Shown here: in pieces, positions 48,701 to 61,600 of the stretch
Position numbering within the stretch: position 1 is the first letter of the stretch
How the letters are laid out: the number at the start of each line of letters is the position of its first letter
From: Raillietiella orientalis
Taxonomy: Eukaryota
NCBI GenBank assembly: GCA_036172245.1
Contig: JAYWIR010000033.1
Coordinates: 1,674,001 to 1,738,000, forward strand
Length of the DNA: 64,000 nt
Direction: 5' to 3'
The notes under the pieces: generated by a model
What the model saw: only the letters and a program-made list of their open reading frames with translations
Told to the model about the DNA's origin: nothing
The model's database searches: none
Position numbers and translations under genes: made by a program

Positions 48701-50599
48701 AGGTGCCTATCTTCATGCTTTGTTCCGTCATCAAAGGTCATCTCGAGGTATCAGAAGTGTGTGCCCGCTGCAGCCATCCCACCATCATAAAGCGCATAAA
48801 AAAAATCCCTTCCCTTCCCCCCCGCTCCCGAAAACACACACACACACACACACACAAAGTATCGATCCTCCAAGAGGTGAAGGCCTGACAGCCTGCTTTG
48901 AAGCGTTGCAAAAGAAACAACTCATGGGAGAGCAACGCATCCTTGCTTTTGTCGCCCGCTCTTGAGTAGAGCGCTTTGTTTACGTATGCTGATCTGATCT
49001 GCTAATCTGTGATGGAGCTGCAGAAATTGCAAATGCAGATGCAGTGAGGTTTGCTCGTGATGGAGTTTTGCGAGATTCCACAGCTCGGATAAGCCTGCGA
49101 CTCTCCACGGGAAGCGGACCTTTCTAATAGATTGAGACTTTTTATCCATCCCATCAAACGTCGACGTGTGGATTTCCAATTTCCAAAACTGCTAATGCAG
49201 TTAGTGCCGAGGCCATTCCCAGCTGGTCCAGTTTTCGGGCAGAGGAACGTCAACGGTGACCCCAAACCACATCTCATAAAACCCTTCGTTCTCGGAAGAA
49301 GTAAACTTGGAGCTTGCAGCTTCCATTATTCTTTCAATGCCAATGATTTGCACTTCACGTTTTATAAAACAAACATCATTCAAATGAAAATTCTTCCTGG
49401 GTGCATCTTCATCATTGCATAGCTCAAAGCAGGAGGTCCACATTGGTCCACAATTTCGTATGAAGCCCATGTCTTTCATCATTCGGTATTAGCGGAATTC
49501 GTTTAAAGAACCGTCCATAAACTGGTTTGCTAGGGTGAGATTTTCTCACCCTAGCAAACCAATTCTTAAAAGAGAATTTCTAGAGGACAGTCAGTTTCGG
49601 AGTAGCTGACCACGGGCAACAAATTTCGAAGTGGGCTGTTTGCCCATAGGCAGGAGAAGCCAGCAAAGCACAACCGTGAGCTGAGAGGACTTCCAGGTCA
49701 CTGAGAGCAGCCGTTTGCTCTTCGCCGGGAGTAGAGGTGGCAGGAAATTCCAGTTCAAGCGTGGTCGGCACCAGGTTACCCAGTGGACAGGAAAACGACC
49801 CCTCCAAGGAAGGTGCGAGAAGAGGAAAAAAAGCGCGAGGTCTCTCGCCTTCGAGCAGACTCGTCCACGGAGGAGGCGGGCCGGCGAAAAGACGCGGAAG
49901 ATAAGTGAGTGTAAAAGATCCGTCGTTCTTCGCCGGATCGCAGTCATCAAAAATTCATTTATTCAAAGCACTTTCGATCTTCACAACAGTGGTCCTCTTC
50001 GACGATTAACACTGGAAAGAGTCTCGGCCAAGGGTCTCTCAAGTCTGTGAGTTTGAACCCGAAGTGAATACAAATGAAGTCGAGCAGCGCTTTCAGGGAT
50101 TTCTGCTGAACCGGAGGAAAAACAGATCGAAAATTCCGAAAGGGACGGAGAACGAAGGAGAAAAAAAAAAAAAATTCTTTCTTTAATCAATTCGTCGGTC
50201 ATCAGAAACGTCTGCTGGGAACGGAAATTTTGCGCGAAGCGTCAGGGAAGATCCCACCTTCGAGGTAAATTTGGAAATGATAGAGTAAATATAGTTCCGC
50301 GTTATACTTGTTCCTCCTCTAGGGAAGGAGTCTCATGCCATCAATGTATCACTTTGTTCATGTCGATTAACAGCGTATTTTGCTGACAGTGCACACAGTA
50401 CTACATGTCTGTTTGATTCCTTTTCTTTATTCTTGTCAAATGTACACGTGCAGCTGAGTCACAACAAGGGAAAAAACAAAAATTTATGCGCTCCTGACAG
50501 ATGAGCATAATTCATCATGCGAGTGGAGAAAACACTGGTGCAGATGACATGGAGTGTTTAGAATGTGAGGAGTCCAATAAGTTACACATAGCTCAACTC

Positions 50600-52800
50600 T
50601 GGACTTGGCAGCGACAGCAAGAGTGTACGGTTATTTCTGCCAGATGGGTGGCAGAATAGCCTTGCTCGGCAGACCGAAGATTCTCTGAAATGAAAGTCGA
50701 CACACGGAAAAAGCAAAGCAACACAAAAGGGCTAATTTCTCAAAGGGATCAAGATTTAAATGGAATATCCCGGTTAGATTGGAAACTGTGGAATGGAACG
50801 AGTCTGATGCCAGGCTGGTAGGCTGATCCAATCAACTAGGAGAACTCAAAGGTGAATAGGTTATGCTATATCGTCTTCCCAAGCGGAAATATTGAGGTTT
50901 CCAGTTTAATAACAAAATGCAGGAAGTTCGGGATTCTCAAAGAAGTTCATAACACAGTTCTTTCTGGAGCTTCCTGCTTGTGTGCTTCCGCATACCTTCA
51001 CAAAGGAAAGTATCCGTGTCCTCTTAATCGGTTCCCTTCTTGTCCACCTCTTGTCCATATATGAAAGCAACAGGAACCGTTAGAGAGAAAACTACAGAGT
51101 CCTGTTAGTTAGCCTGCGAGTTAAATCCTCATAAAGTCCGAAGAAATTAATTTCGAATCAGTCACTCTTCCATCGAGACTATATTGGAATGCCATATGCA
51201 GTACCAATGAATGGAATTCTCATGGGTGAAAGGAATGAATAGCTGACGTCTAGTAATTCTGTAGAAAACATGATTCTGGTTATTCTGTTGCACATGCTAT
51301 GAGTTAACGCCTTAGGATCTCTCGATGGTTGCATCGATTGCCACGATATCTCTCGAGTTGCATACATAAACTGAGATTTCTCTGCACGGGAAAAGAATTT
51401 GCTGCAGAAAAGGATTTGCAGTAGGCCCCATCCTTGACGAAAATTAGTACACATCTTGGAGAAATGTCTAGATGATATGCTTGGCTGCTGCTGAGCCTTG
51501 CTTTTCACAATGAGACACTCTTTAGATGGGATCCGCAAAGAGAAAATGCAAAGGGAAGGATGCTCTCCCATCTGAGAAACTCGACAACTTGGAGTTTGCA
51601 TAAGGGTTGCGTCGAGGAAGGAGTTAACGTTCGTCCACATCAGCCGTCTTCTTTCAAACTGAAGCCCAACTGTCACATTGTGCTCCCGGAACAGGAAACG
51701 AAAAAGCCTGGAAAAATGCTTCCAGCCGTGCAATCTGAATCCTCTATGCTTTTCTCCGTTGGGAAATTTCCAGGCTGCCTTTGGTGCAGCCTATCGATGT
51801 GCTGTGCGCTGGCGAGACGCTATTGTTGCGTCATTTTGATTCGAAGGAACTCGCTACATGACGCAACAATGCATCACGGGTAAGCACTCATTGTTGTCTC
51901 CCCCCCTCCTCCCTCCCTTCCTATTTTATGTTTTCACATATTTGTTTTTTCCGCTTTCTGCAGGACTTTGGTTTTGTCTTCGCGGGTGCTCTGAATTCAG
52001 GAGATGCAGAATCATTGCGAAACAGTTTCCAGCGCAAAGAGAGAGAGAGAGAGAGAGCGCTCTCGAGAGAGGGAAAGCCCGAGAAATTAAGAGACACTCG
52101 TTGAAAAATCACCAGACAATATTTTTCATATGTCGCTCCTATCCTCATTATCTCCGAATCACTGCCGTATGGACCTGGGCGATTGCGGTTTATTCCAGCT
52201 GAAGACTGGAATCTTTTGCAGCTTTCCGGTCTTTCCACGTTGCTCGTGTTCCCTCCACTCCTTTGCCACTGATGTGCGATTTCTCTAAGCTCATTTACTC
52301 TTGCAATTTTGTGCGCTGAAAACGATCACAGAAGGTTGCATGTTATTCCATGAAAGATAAAGGGCCTTTGGGTTCCTGGGGTTTCAGGTTGCAGAGATCA
52401 TTAGGATTTCTTTGGTTTTTACAGACTTCCGTGATTTTCTTTAGGATAAAAATGTAACGAAATTAAAATAGAAATGTCGACCTTCTGCAAGCCTTGTGAA
52501 TGTAACAGTGAATTTCATCATTTGTGCGAGCTTGGAGAGAAAGATGGAATCACCAACGACGATGATTTTAAGATTACTTAAGTATTTGTATCTTCCTGGA
52601 GTTCTCATCGCTAAATTTAGACTGGATGTCCAAGTTGTGCACAAAAGCATGGTCCAACAGGTGTGTGCGTCAGTTTTAATTTTCCAAGAGTGCAACTGTT
52701 GGATTCATTTCACCACAGCGTTTCAGCAACTGTTGAATAGATTGATCCTAATTGCAGCATTGGACCTGGATGGGACGAGAATGCCTTTGACTTTAGAACC
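50600..52800 (-). mobile_element. Possible Mutator/NOF-FB-like transposase remnant
   Basis: AT-richer block with NPTVAL, IVAIDAT, NFFENPE and IFPLG in plausible order, with many stops. Confidence 0.25.
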
Positions 52801-53768
52801 ACGCGGACTGTGCAATAGGCGAAGGGGAGGGGGGGAGGAGGGGATCCAGGGTGAAGACACCAAGCTTTGTAGCATTATGAGCTCTTGAGGACATTCCAGA
52901 ATCTTCGGACTAGAAGCACGCTCGAAGCTCTTCGGGGCCAAAACATAGAGGATTCTTCATCTTCAGCAACCACTCAGGATGAGAACGACATGTTCTCGCT
53001 TCTGCTTCGGAGAGGAATACGCGCTTCGAACCCCGTGATGACATAAAGCTGTGCTATTCAAATCGTTCCGTAAGCGTTGCAAGTGTCCGTTAGCTCGGGC
53101 ATGCGCAAACAAAGGCATTGGGAAGCAACGGCGCTCTCCCATCGAAATTATTGACCACTGCTTCAAAATCCGCGCTTTCCCCCCCTCCCCCCTCCTTTTA
53201 CGCAGCCGTGCATCCGCAGAGAGCCTTGACCGTTGGATTTTCTAAGGTAAATCTCAGTGGAGTTGCTTTCTTCGTTTCTTTCTTCTTTTTCCTTTCCATA
53301 TTGATAATCCGACGATTCCGTCGTCGTTCGTCCTGATGAATTGCTTTTCTTAGCGAATGCGATTCTTCCTCGGTGGAAAGCGAAAAGGAAAGAAAGCTAG
53401 GCATCAAGCTGAAAGGTAAAAAAAATAAAAAAAAATTCGGCCTTCAGCTTTGTCGGCAACACACCGAAAACATCGCCGTCATTATTCAGCAGTAAATCAG
53501 TCTGCCTGTCACAAGTGATTTGTCGTATGCTTGTGTCCTCTATTCTCAAGCATGAACGAAGAAGGCCTCCGGTGCACTCTGTGAGCGCGCGTTTTCGAAC
53601 ATCGGAAGCACCAAAGAGGAAGGAGGAATCGCAAATATACCGGGAGGGGGGGGGGGGTTACCCTCCCGGTTTGCTGATCATCAAGTTCCTGCAGCCGGGT
53701 CGTGTGACGTCGAAATGGGTTTAGCAGTATTCCAGCGCCACTCTGGTGATCTTAGCAGTCTTTCTTCG

Positions 53769-53770
<2 letters not shown>

Positions 53771-53811
<41 letters not shown>
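53771..53811. repeat. (AC)20 microsatellite
   Basis: Direct reading. Confidence 0.95.
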
Positions 53812-53813
<2 letters not shown>

Positions 53814-53819
53814 GAGGGA

Positions 53820-54180
53820 AGGGTCGTGGTTTGCTAGGCAACTGCACCACGCAGTTCAACCAGAAGTGGAGGCAAACCTAAGGCACATCATGGACCGTTT
53901 AATTCTCTCTCCGTTGCATCTGAGGGTTTGCGGGTTGATGGGGTGAGCAGCGTAATTGTCTCTCAAGGAACCTCCGAAAGCGCAGCGCTCCTAGCTGGTC
54001 CGTTCTTCCTTGTAGGTATCGACCCTTAACATAATCGTAAAAGTCGGCTTTGTGTATGGAAGTGAAATTCTCACGTATCACGAAGAGCTCATTGCTGATG
54101 TGGTTTTTGCGGTGATGATAATTTTCAACCGAGAAAAACAATACGCTGTCAGGGAAGCGGGCAGAAATGGGAAAAAATTT
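53820..54180 (+). mobile_element. Possible RTE-clade remnant
   Basis: FVYGSEILT resembles LLYGSETWT. Confidence 0.3.
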
Positions 54181-55899
54181 GCATGCAATACGGAGATGTT
54201 CCACAGATCAGTTCAAATCTCTCTCTCTCTCTTTTTTCTTTCCTCCTCATTAGTTCTGAAAAAAGAACAGAGATGTCTCTCGGCACCTATAGTGAAATGA
54301 ATAGCGCAATTAGGGGGTCTTCACCCTTGCGTACTTCGGCTGAAACGTTCGGTACAGCGCACAATCTAAATGGCAGTCCAATGCGGTGCGTTATGGCCAC
54401 CGTGATGTTGCTGAAATATCTGGAAGCTGCACGATGCGTTTCATAACAGGCGGCACATCCGAACGGGAACAGCCTGGCGAAGTTCCGTGTTCACCAACGT
54501 CACGAAACCGCCGTCGAATCCTGGATCATGGAGACGTGCAATCCCGGGGAGCACCTGAGCTACCGAGCATGCATGGCCCGTGTTCTCGCGACGCACAGGT
54601 TTTTGCATCCGCAGAAGTGTTTCTCGGGAATTCCCCTGCACTTGTTCATCCAATCAATCTAGGAGCAACTTTTTATGGTCAACAAGTTCTTGCAAAAACA
54701 GGAAAACAGCCCCAATGAGCTTCCGCCTACAATTTTCACCTGGCAAATGAAGCATAAAGGCTCGTCGTACCTATCCAAGAGCAGAAAACACGCCAGGAGA
54801 GACGGGGAGAGGGAGGGGGAGAGAGAGAGAAATTTTTTTTTTTTCCATCACCTATTTTCCGCTCTTCTTGATCAGAAATCATGCTGGGAGTTTGCAATAC
54901 TTTGGCGGTACGCAGGAGAGGCTAGTAGAAAACAAACATATCATAAAACTTTTATGTACTGCTGTTTATTCTCACCTTGTGCTGATAGGCAAACAAGGTA
55001 GCATGCGCCCCCCTTGTGCCGCAGTGTTCCACTTCCCATCGAGATGCTGAAATTCTGATCCATGGAGGATTCCCGGCTTGTTCCCAATGCCCGTGCAGGG
55101 AATCGCAGTCTCCGACGGGAAACAAAAGGGGGGAGGGGGGAAAAAAGGGATGCCGCGATCGACTTCACGTTCCTTTCGTTCAGGTACTGCCGGGTCCGCG
55201 GTTCCAGACGAATGGTCTGTAAGAACTGCGCGCCGTCAGCTCCGGAAATGTCGCCCCCCCCTCGCCATACTCCCCGGAAAGAACCGAATTCTCTGAGAGG
55301 GAGTCACTCAAGTGCCAAGCAAGGAAGAAAAGTTCGATTGTGCCCTCAAGCTTTCCCTTAGCGGCCGAAGTGCTCGAAAAACACTCGCGTTCCCCCGGCA
55401 CACGTGCGGGACGAAAACGTGAAAAGGGGATGCGACGCGTGTCACTGTCCGGGACGGCCCCTCGGTGCGACACGCCTCCGTGACGCAGGATGTCCGTTCC
55501 GCGAGCCTTTGGTAGGTGATGGTAGCGGGGAGGCGGAAAACACGATTGAAAATGAAGGGGGGAACGTCTGGCGACGAGTCCGACGGCCTTCAGCGCTTTT
55601 TGGCACGAACGCGGAGGCAGCCGGATGTGGAAGCAAAGCTGGAGCATCGGCGCGGAGCATCCGCGCTCTCCACCTTTGCGCCAAGCAGTCCAGGTTCCGA
55701 TGGTTCACGATAGCTGGAGCAGCTCGCGCGCGCAGGCGTGCCAAGAAATTCCTCTCCAGCTTCCGCAAACCGATTCCGGCCAAAGTACCCCTTTTGAAGC
55801 TGCGAGGCAAAGAGTGAAGAACCCCAGAATCCTTTCCCGGAATGTCCGTTGGCAAGGGGCGGGAGCTGCCGAGAATCCAATGTCAAAGCGAGCAGCGCT

Positions 55900-57620
55900 C
55901 CTCGAAGAGCCTTTCGCCTCCGAGATCCGCGCGCGAATCACGTGGGAAGAGCAACGCTCTCGGCGACCAGGAGGTCCGGGCGAGGGAAACTGGGTAGTCT
56001 GCGAATCGGTATGTGATTCTCCTCCCGGCTCCGTTCCGCGAGAACGCGCGCCTGCGCTGCAGGCGAGTCGGTCCAGAACATCCGTGACGCCACACAGATG
56101 ATTTCTTTCGCGGCGGATGAGAGAGTGTCAGGATCGGAGAGCAGCTGCGCCTCCGGTGGTGCGAAAGCAACAGGACAGAGAACGGAGCCCTGCGAAGAGG
56201 CAGTCTGGGCGATAAATTCGGGATGCGACTGCCAGAACGGCTTCACAAGCTGCCGGAAGATTCCAGAAAACTGTTTACTTGGGGGATGCTCTTCGACTCT
56301 CCTTCCACTCCATCGGCTGAGCTTCAGTTTACTCCCACGCGGAAAGCGTCGGCGAGGGGAAGATTTTCCGCTTTCCTGCGAAGGGCGTGGCTTCGCGCGA
56401 AAACCGGGGTCCTCTTGGGATCGACCCGCGCAAACAAGCAGCTTCCGTGGAGTCGCCTGCGTGACGAATGGCTGCGCCTCACGAGGCGCCTCGGAAACAT
56501 CCACCGCTCCGCGTTCCGGAGATGTTGGTACATTCCGGATCCCCTCGGCGGATGGAAAACTGGATAGCGCGAGACCGTTTCGGATCGTCACTTTCAGACT
56601 CGAAGATCCGCAGGCAGACGCGACCTTGAAACGCAATCCCCTCATGCAACTCTTCCACGGATCACCAGCAGAAGCCCGGTTTTCCCGGAATACCTTGCAT
56701 AGGTTTCACGCGGCGGCGCTACAAGTGTTCGCGTCCGCGTCTCGGTCGGTCAACGCTCACCCCTTGCTGATGAGATGCACCGATGCCTTATTCCTCCTAT
56801 TGCTTGGTTCGGAAGACTCCAGTTTCAGCTGCGAGCTATCGAGCGTCCGCGGCGAGTTGCTTCAGCCCGATCCCCCGCTCATCCCCCACTGCAACGGATC
56901 TCTCGAACCTATTCAAAAAAATAACCCCTCCCCTCCCCCCTTCCCAAAAAAAGAAAAAAAAATCCCACTACGTGATCCGTGGGATTCGATTTGACACGAG
57001 TCCCCCAACTCGTGTCGCAGGAATCTCTCAAGAGGGGTGTGGTGAGCACACCCCCAAGCGCAAATGCATCCAAGATGCGGATTCCGAAATGTTCCATCCG
57101 GGTTTTCAGAGAGAGGAATGAGTTGGGTCTGAAGGTACCAGAACGCTCAGGTGGATGCATATATCTCTGCCTCTGTTTTTGCAAAAGACAAGGACTTGAC
57201 CTCTGTGAAGGACAGCAGACTTCCATGATCGTACGAAGTGAGAAGGATGGAAGGGAGGCGTATGGAGGGAGTTCCGAGAGTTCCGGCGCAGCCACGCTGC
57301 TAAGCAGACGAAGAACGTGAGCAGTGGACCTAAATCTCTGCATTCAGAGAAGAGCTGCTCAGCTGCGCTTTTCGCTTCCGCTTTCTCGCCCCGTCAGGGC
57401 CCTCATCCTTGCCCGTGGGACCACCAGCTTATGAGAGCTGCGTTTTCCTGCGTTGCGCAATCCATTGCTGTACGCGACCATCGACAAAGGTGATGGCGAA
57501 TTTCGCGGAGCACAGGAAGAACGTGGTTGCAACGGAAGTACTCCTTCAGTTTTCCTGTCTTTGAGTCTGCTTGCTGACCTCTTCGCAGGAGTAAGCAGGT
57601 TTTTTCCCCCATCGTGAGTT
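55900..57620 (-). mobile_element. RTE-clade LINE RT remnant
   Basis: EYFRCNHVL, LRTIMEVC, GIAFQG, FPSAEG and FPRGSKLKLS..RRVEE occur in RTE order. Confidence 0.45.
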
Positions 57621-57739
57621 CTTATTCCTCCTCCTGTTGGTACATTTGGTATATCCCTAGAAACACACCATTCCCCTGTTCTTTGCAGAGCTACTGAGTT
57701 GGTCTACGGAAAGGCCATGTTTTGAGTTGCACTGAGTTC

Positions 57740-58560
57740 CATCTTGTTTGTCAATCCTGAGGTGGCTGACTAAGGATCACAACTTACAAGGGCACTCGTA
57801 CGGTTTCTCCTTTCCTCTACAACCGGAAATCCAAGTGCTGTTTCTCCTTCCATTGCCTGGAAAACTGCTGTTCGGACTGCAGGCAGGGTGCACTCTGGCT
57901 TCTTTGCTGGTCCATCTTCAGTGGTTTATCGGATCGAAGATTGCTTTTCCAGATCAGAAATTTCAGTCCACCTGCCTCTCCTTCTTCTGCGAGCTAGCAT
58001 AATTAGGGAACACCCCCTTAATACTCAAAATTGCATTCCTATAAACCTATTCCTGATCCCAACAAAACTCCTCAACAAAACCGTACAAAGGCAACCTTTT
58101 TGCTGGAATCCCGTTCGTCAGCAGCGACAACCAGGCTCGTCATGGAATTCTTCCTCTTCCTTGAAGAAGAAGGAAACCTTGAAGATCCGGCGCACGAAGT
58201 GCTCGAGAAGGTGAACGGGATCCATAGAACAAAACTGACCATCTGAAGGCCTTTGCACTTTTTGTTCAGCCTGCAAACACCACACGAAGCCTGTCAGAGT
58301 TCTTTGGGATGCTGGCGGCTGTTAGCACTGAGAGGAGAGCTTAGCTGCAACGATGATGTGGTTTAGAGTGGACGGTCAACGGAAGGACGATCTGTGAATT
58401 CAGGGGACTTGACTGCGCATTGGCTACCACCGGTCAAGTGTGAGAAGCGCCGTGGAAGAAGCTTGACCTCTTTACAACATGCGCCACTTCTTCTTCCCCG
58501 ACAAGATATTAGCGTTTAGAAGTATCCACTCTCCAGCACTGAAGTATTCCACAGGTTCTC
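57740..58560 (-). mobile_element. RTE-clade LINE 3' remnant with terminal C2H2-like motif
   Basis: KAFRWSVLFYGS (about 58250-58218), LEHFVRRIF and terminal PYECPCKL*SLVSHLR. Confidence 0.55.
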
Positions 58561-58618
58561 TATCATTTTCTCCAGGAGAAGAAGGAATCTACCATTCGGA
58601 AAGCTCAAGGCATTTCGA

Positions 58619-58619
<1 letters not shown>

Positions 58620-58651
<32 letters not shown>

Positions 58652-58652
58652 C
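58620..58652. repeat. (AAC)11 microsatellite
   Basis: Direct reading. Confidence 0.95.
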
Positions 58653-61600
58653 TAAAAAATAAGATAAAATTGATTCGTAAGGATCCGTCTCTTACGCCTG
58701 CCAGGAGAGACTTTCCTTAATTCGTGTCTGGAACTTCAGAGAAAAACACACGTACGAGGGAGGGAGGGGAAAAAAAAAAGGAAAAAAAAAAAGGACATGC
58801 ATCCGATTACGCAAGGGACACCGTGCAGGTTGGAATCGAGGAGCGCTCTCAGTGCCATCTTTTCGTTTGATTTGATTGCACGTGAAAATCAATCACCTCA
58901 TCAAAGCGGGGTCTCCAGAAGAAATAAGCAAACAGGAAATTGCCCGTGCAAAGGTTCCACTGGAGGGCAGGAACAGCAGAAAATTGCCGCACTCACAACG
59001 CGCAATTTCAAAGAGGGAACAGCGGAGCGCGCCGGCGGATTTCAGTTGGACGGAGCCGTCCGCGTGCGCGGCGGAACGTGGACGGCGGTTTCCCTTTCTT
59101 CCTGCTTGCCCGATGAGGGAGGAGGCAGAACCGCGTCGCCTAGGACACGAGTCCGCCGAGGGTCTGCTTCCGTGAGCCCTGGGATGCAAGAATCTTTGGC
59201 CCAGTCCGATGAGGGTGCTCGTGCGGACGTGCGCACCCGTCGGGCGGTGAGGCTCGGGAAGCGAACCAAAGTCCGAAGAGAGTGAGGGAGCCTCGAATCG
59301 CAGCCCGAGGGCCGCTAAAGGAGCAACGAAATTGCCTTCCAGAGCTCTGTAGGAGAACTGCAGAGCTCTGCGTGCTGTTATAGCCCGTGGTTCGCGCGAG
59401 CTTCTGCCATGCAAAGCCATGCAGGCGGGCGGAGGTGGAATGGCGTTTCGCACCGGAAGGAGTCCGCTATGATGGAGGCCAGCAGGAGAACATTCCAGCT
59501 CCGAAAGTTGTACAGGAAGGTTCCATGGTGCAGCCAACGTGGATCGATCACTGGGGTTCTGGACAAGGCCGGCAGCGACCAGCCCTTAATACTCAAAGTG
59601 GTCCCCCACTTCGATTCTCATGATTCGCCAGAGGCGACAAAGGACGCCTGAGGGATGAGATCCAAAGCTTGAAGCACGACGTCGCTTTTCTCATCTTTCG
59701 ATGCAAAGCGTGGACGCAGTCGACCACAAGTCCGGCAGCCTCGTGCAGCAGCTGCTCGGTGTGGCTGTCGTTAGAGGCCTCGCAGCAACAGGTTTTCTGT
59801 CTGGCACTTGCCAGAGATTTCAGCCCCGACGCACCTGGACACCATGGCAACCCCGAAATGAAGCGGCGCCCTGCCGAAAAGGCAGATCAGAGAAACAGAG
59901 ATAGCTCGTGCAAACGTCAAAACAGGAGACGGAAGTTTATGAAAAAGAACGGTTGGTCTGAAATTCCTGCTGATCATTTCGAAATCATCGGTTTTCCATG
60001 GTCCAGTCGAGCCTTTAGGGACTGTCACCAGTTTTTTCGTGAGGACGGAGGCTTCCATTCGAGCTCACTTTCTCATGCAGGGAAGGGTTGATTTAAGAGG
60101 CTGGTCGAGACCGATCTTCCCACATTCAGATTTTCTCGTCTTCTCAATTTCGAGAAAATCATGTCATGAGAATCTGTTTCTCCTTCTGCTTCCATGGCAC
60201 GGTCGCGGTCCGTCGTTGCATTCGAGCGGCGTCCAAAATCTGCATGGCGGCACCTGAGAGGACATCTTCGCCCAAACCCCAGAAGGAAAGTGGTGCAGTG
60301 CTTCGCACGTGATCCCCGGAAGCCAAGCCAAGTAACTTCTCTTCCACGTTACATACGTGTGCACCGATTCCGAAGACGCTTCCGGTTTTCACGCGTTCCC
60401 GTGACAACTACGTGACGGACGAAGGGAAAAAAAAGTTAGGATTGGAAGCTCAGGGGGAAACTGTCCGCTGATCAGGATGGAATTTTTCCTGCTGATGGAA
60501 AGGTGTGGTTTCTTTTGAAATTTGCGCCAGGGCTGGGTGAGTTCGATATAATTCCTAATCAAAAGCTCCGCTCGGTCCTCGGAGGGTTGGAATTCCGCCG
60601 CACGCAAGTCGCCCACCGACACCGGCAAGAAGGCGCCGAAAATCTCGCTCCCAGCTGGCGGGTGGCATCTGTCGGGAGAAGATACCTGACGACGACGTAA
60701 CTCATGTCTGCTCCCGCGACAACGGACCCGGTGCGACGTTTCGCTCGCCTGGCTGGAACCCTTTGACGCTCGGCAGACACGAAGAGGATTCCGACGGGGC
60801 TAGGCATCACCATGGGACCCAAGAAGAGCAGAAAGAGCCTCGAGATGAAAGCTCCTTGACCACGTGGAAGCGTTCCTGTGGGATGGACTCCGGATTCTCC
60901 TTTCGCGAAGCACGCGCCGCAGGAAGCTCAAAACGCCTCTCAGCTGAGGGCCAAGGAGCTCGAAACGTCAGGCGGGAGGGAAACCACTGGAGTTTCCGCG
61001 TTGCTACGAGCTCCGCTCGAGCAAAGAGGGAATCCAATAAGCAATTGCACGTCTCCAGGTGCAAATATGTCGGATACCTTTCATACATCACTGATTGCAC
61101 GTGGTAAGAGAAACAAACGAGTTGCATCTTGACTTTCTCTTCATTCATGGACTGTGTTGGAGACTGCACGTAAGTCACTCGCTCAAGAAGGGAAAAAATT
61201 CGGAATTTCCGACATTTTTGGCTCTTTCTCTCCCCCCCTTCCTCCTCCCCCTCGTTTGACACACGAAAATGCCGCAAACCCGTAAAGTATGAATTGGTTT
61301 CTAGAAAATTATGGACTTTAAAAGTAAAGAAGTGGAGAGAGAGAAAAAAAAAAAAAAAAAAACATGAGAATTTTTTTTTTTTTTTCGCCCCCCTTTGGAG
61401 AAAAAAGAGTCTCATGGGATGTAATCTCATGTTCCGGACAGATAAACACTCAAACTTCCAGCCAGTTGGGAATGGTCTGGAATGAATAAGTGTACTGTTT
61501 AGGACCGGACCGTATCGCTCTGGTAACGATGGCAATGTTTTGACATGTGACAGAGAGCAGCAGATTGAAAGCACCCGAGCTCCGGATGAGTCGTTCCATC

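Noticed and set aside
48900..49482. Broken minus-strand frames with a TFDGMD motif, possibly a transposase-like remnant
   Set aside because: A single short motif is not enough to assign a family without a search.
56098..56994. Long ORFs (298 aa here; also 36727..37632, 60807..61712, 48103..48888, 19090..19827) as genes
   Set aside because: They are antisense to or run across TE remnants, homopolymers and microsatellites, and contain no recognisable domain.
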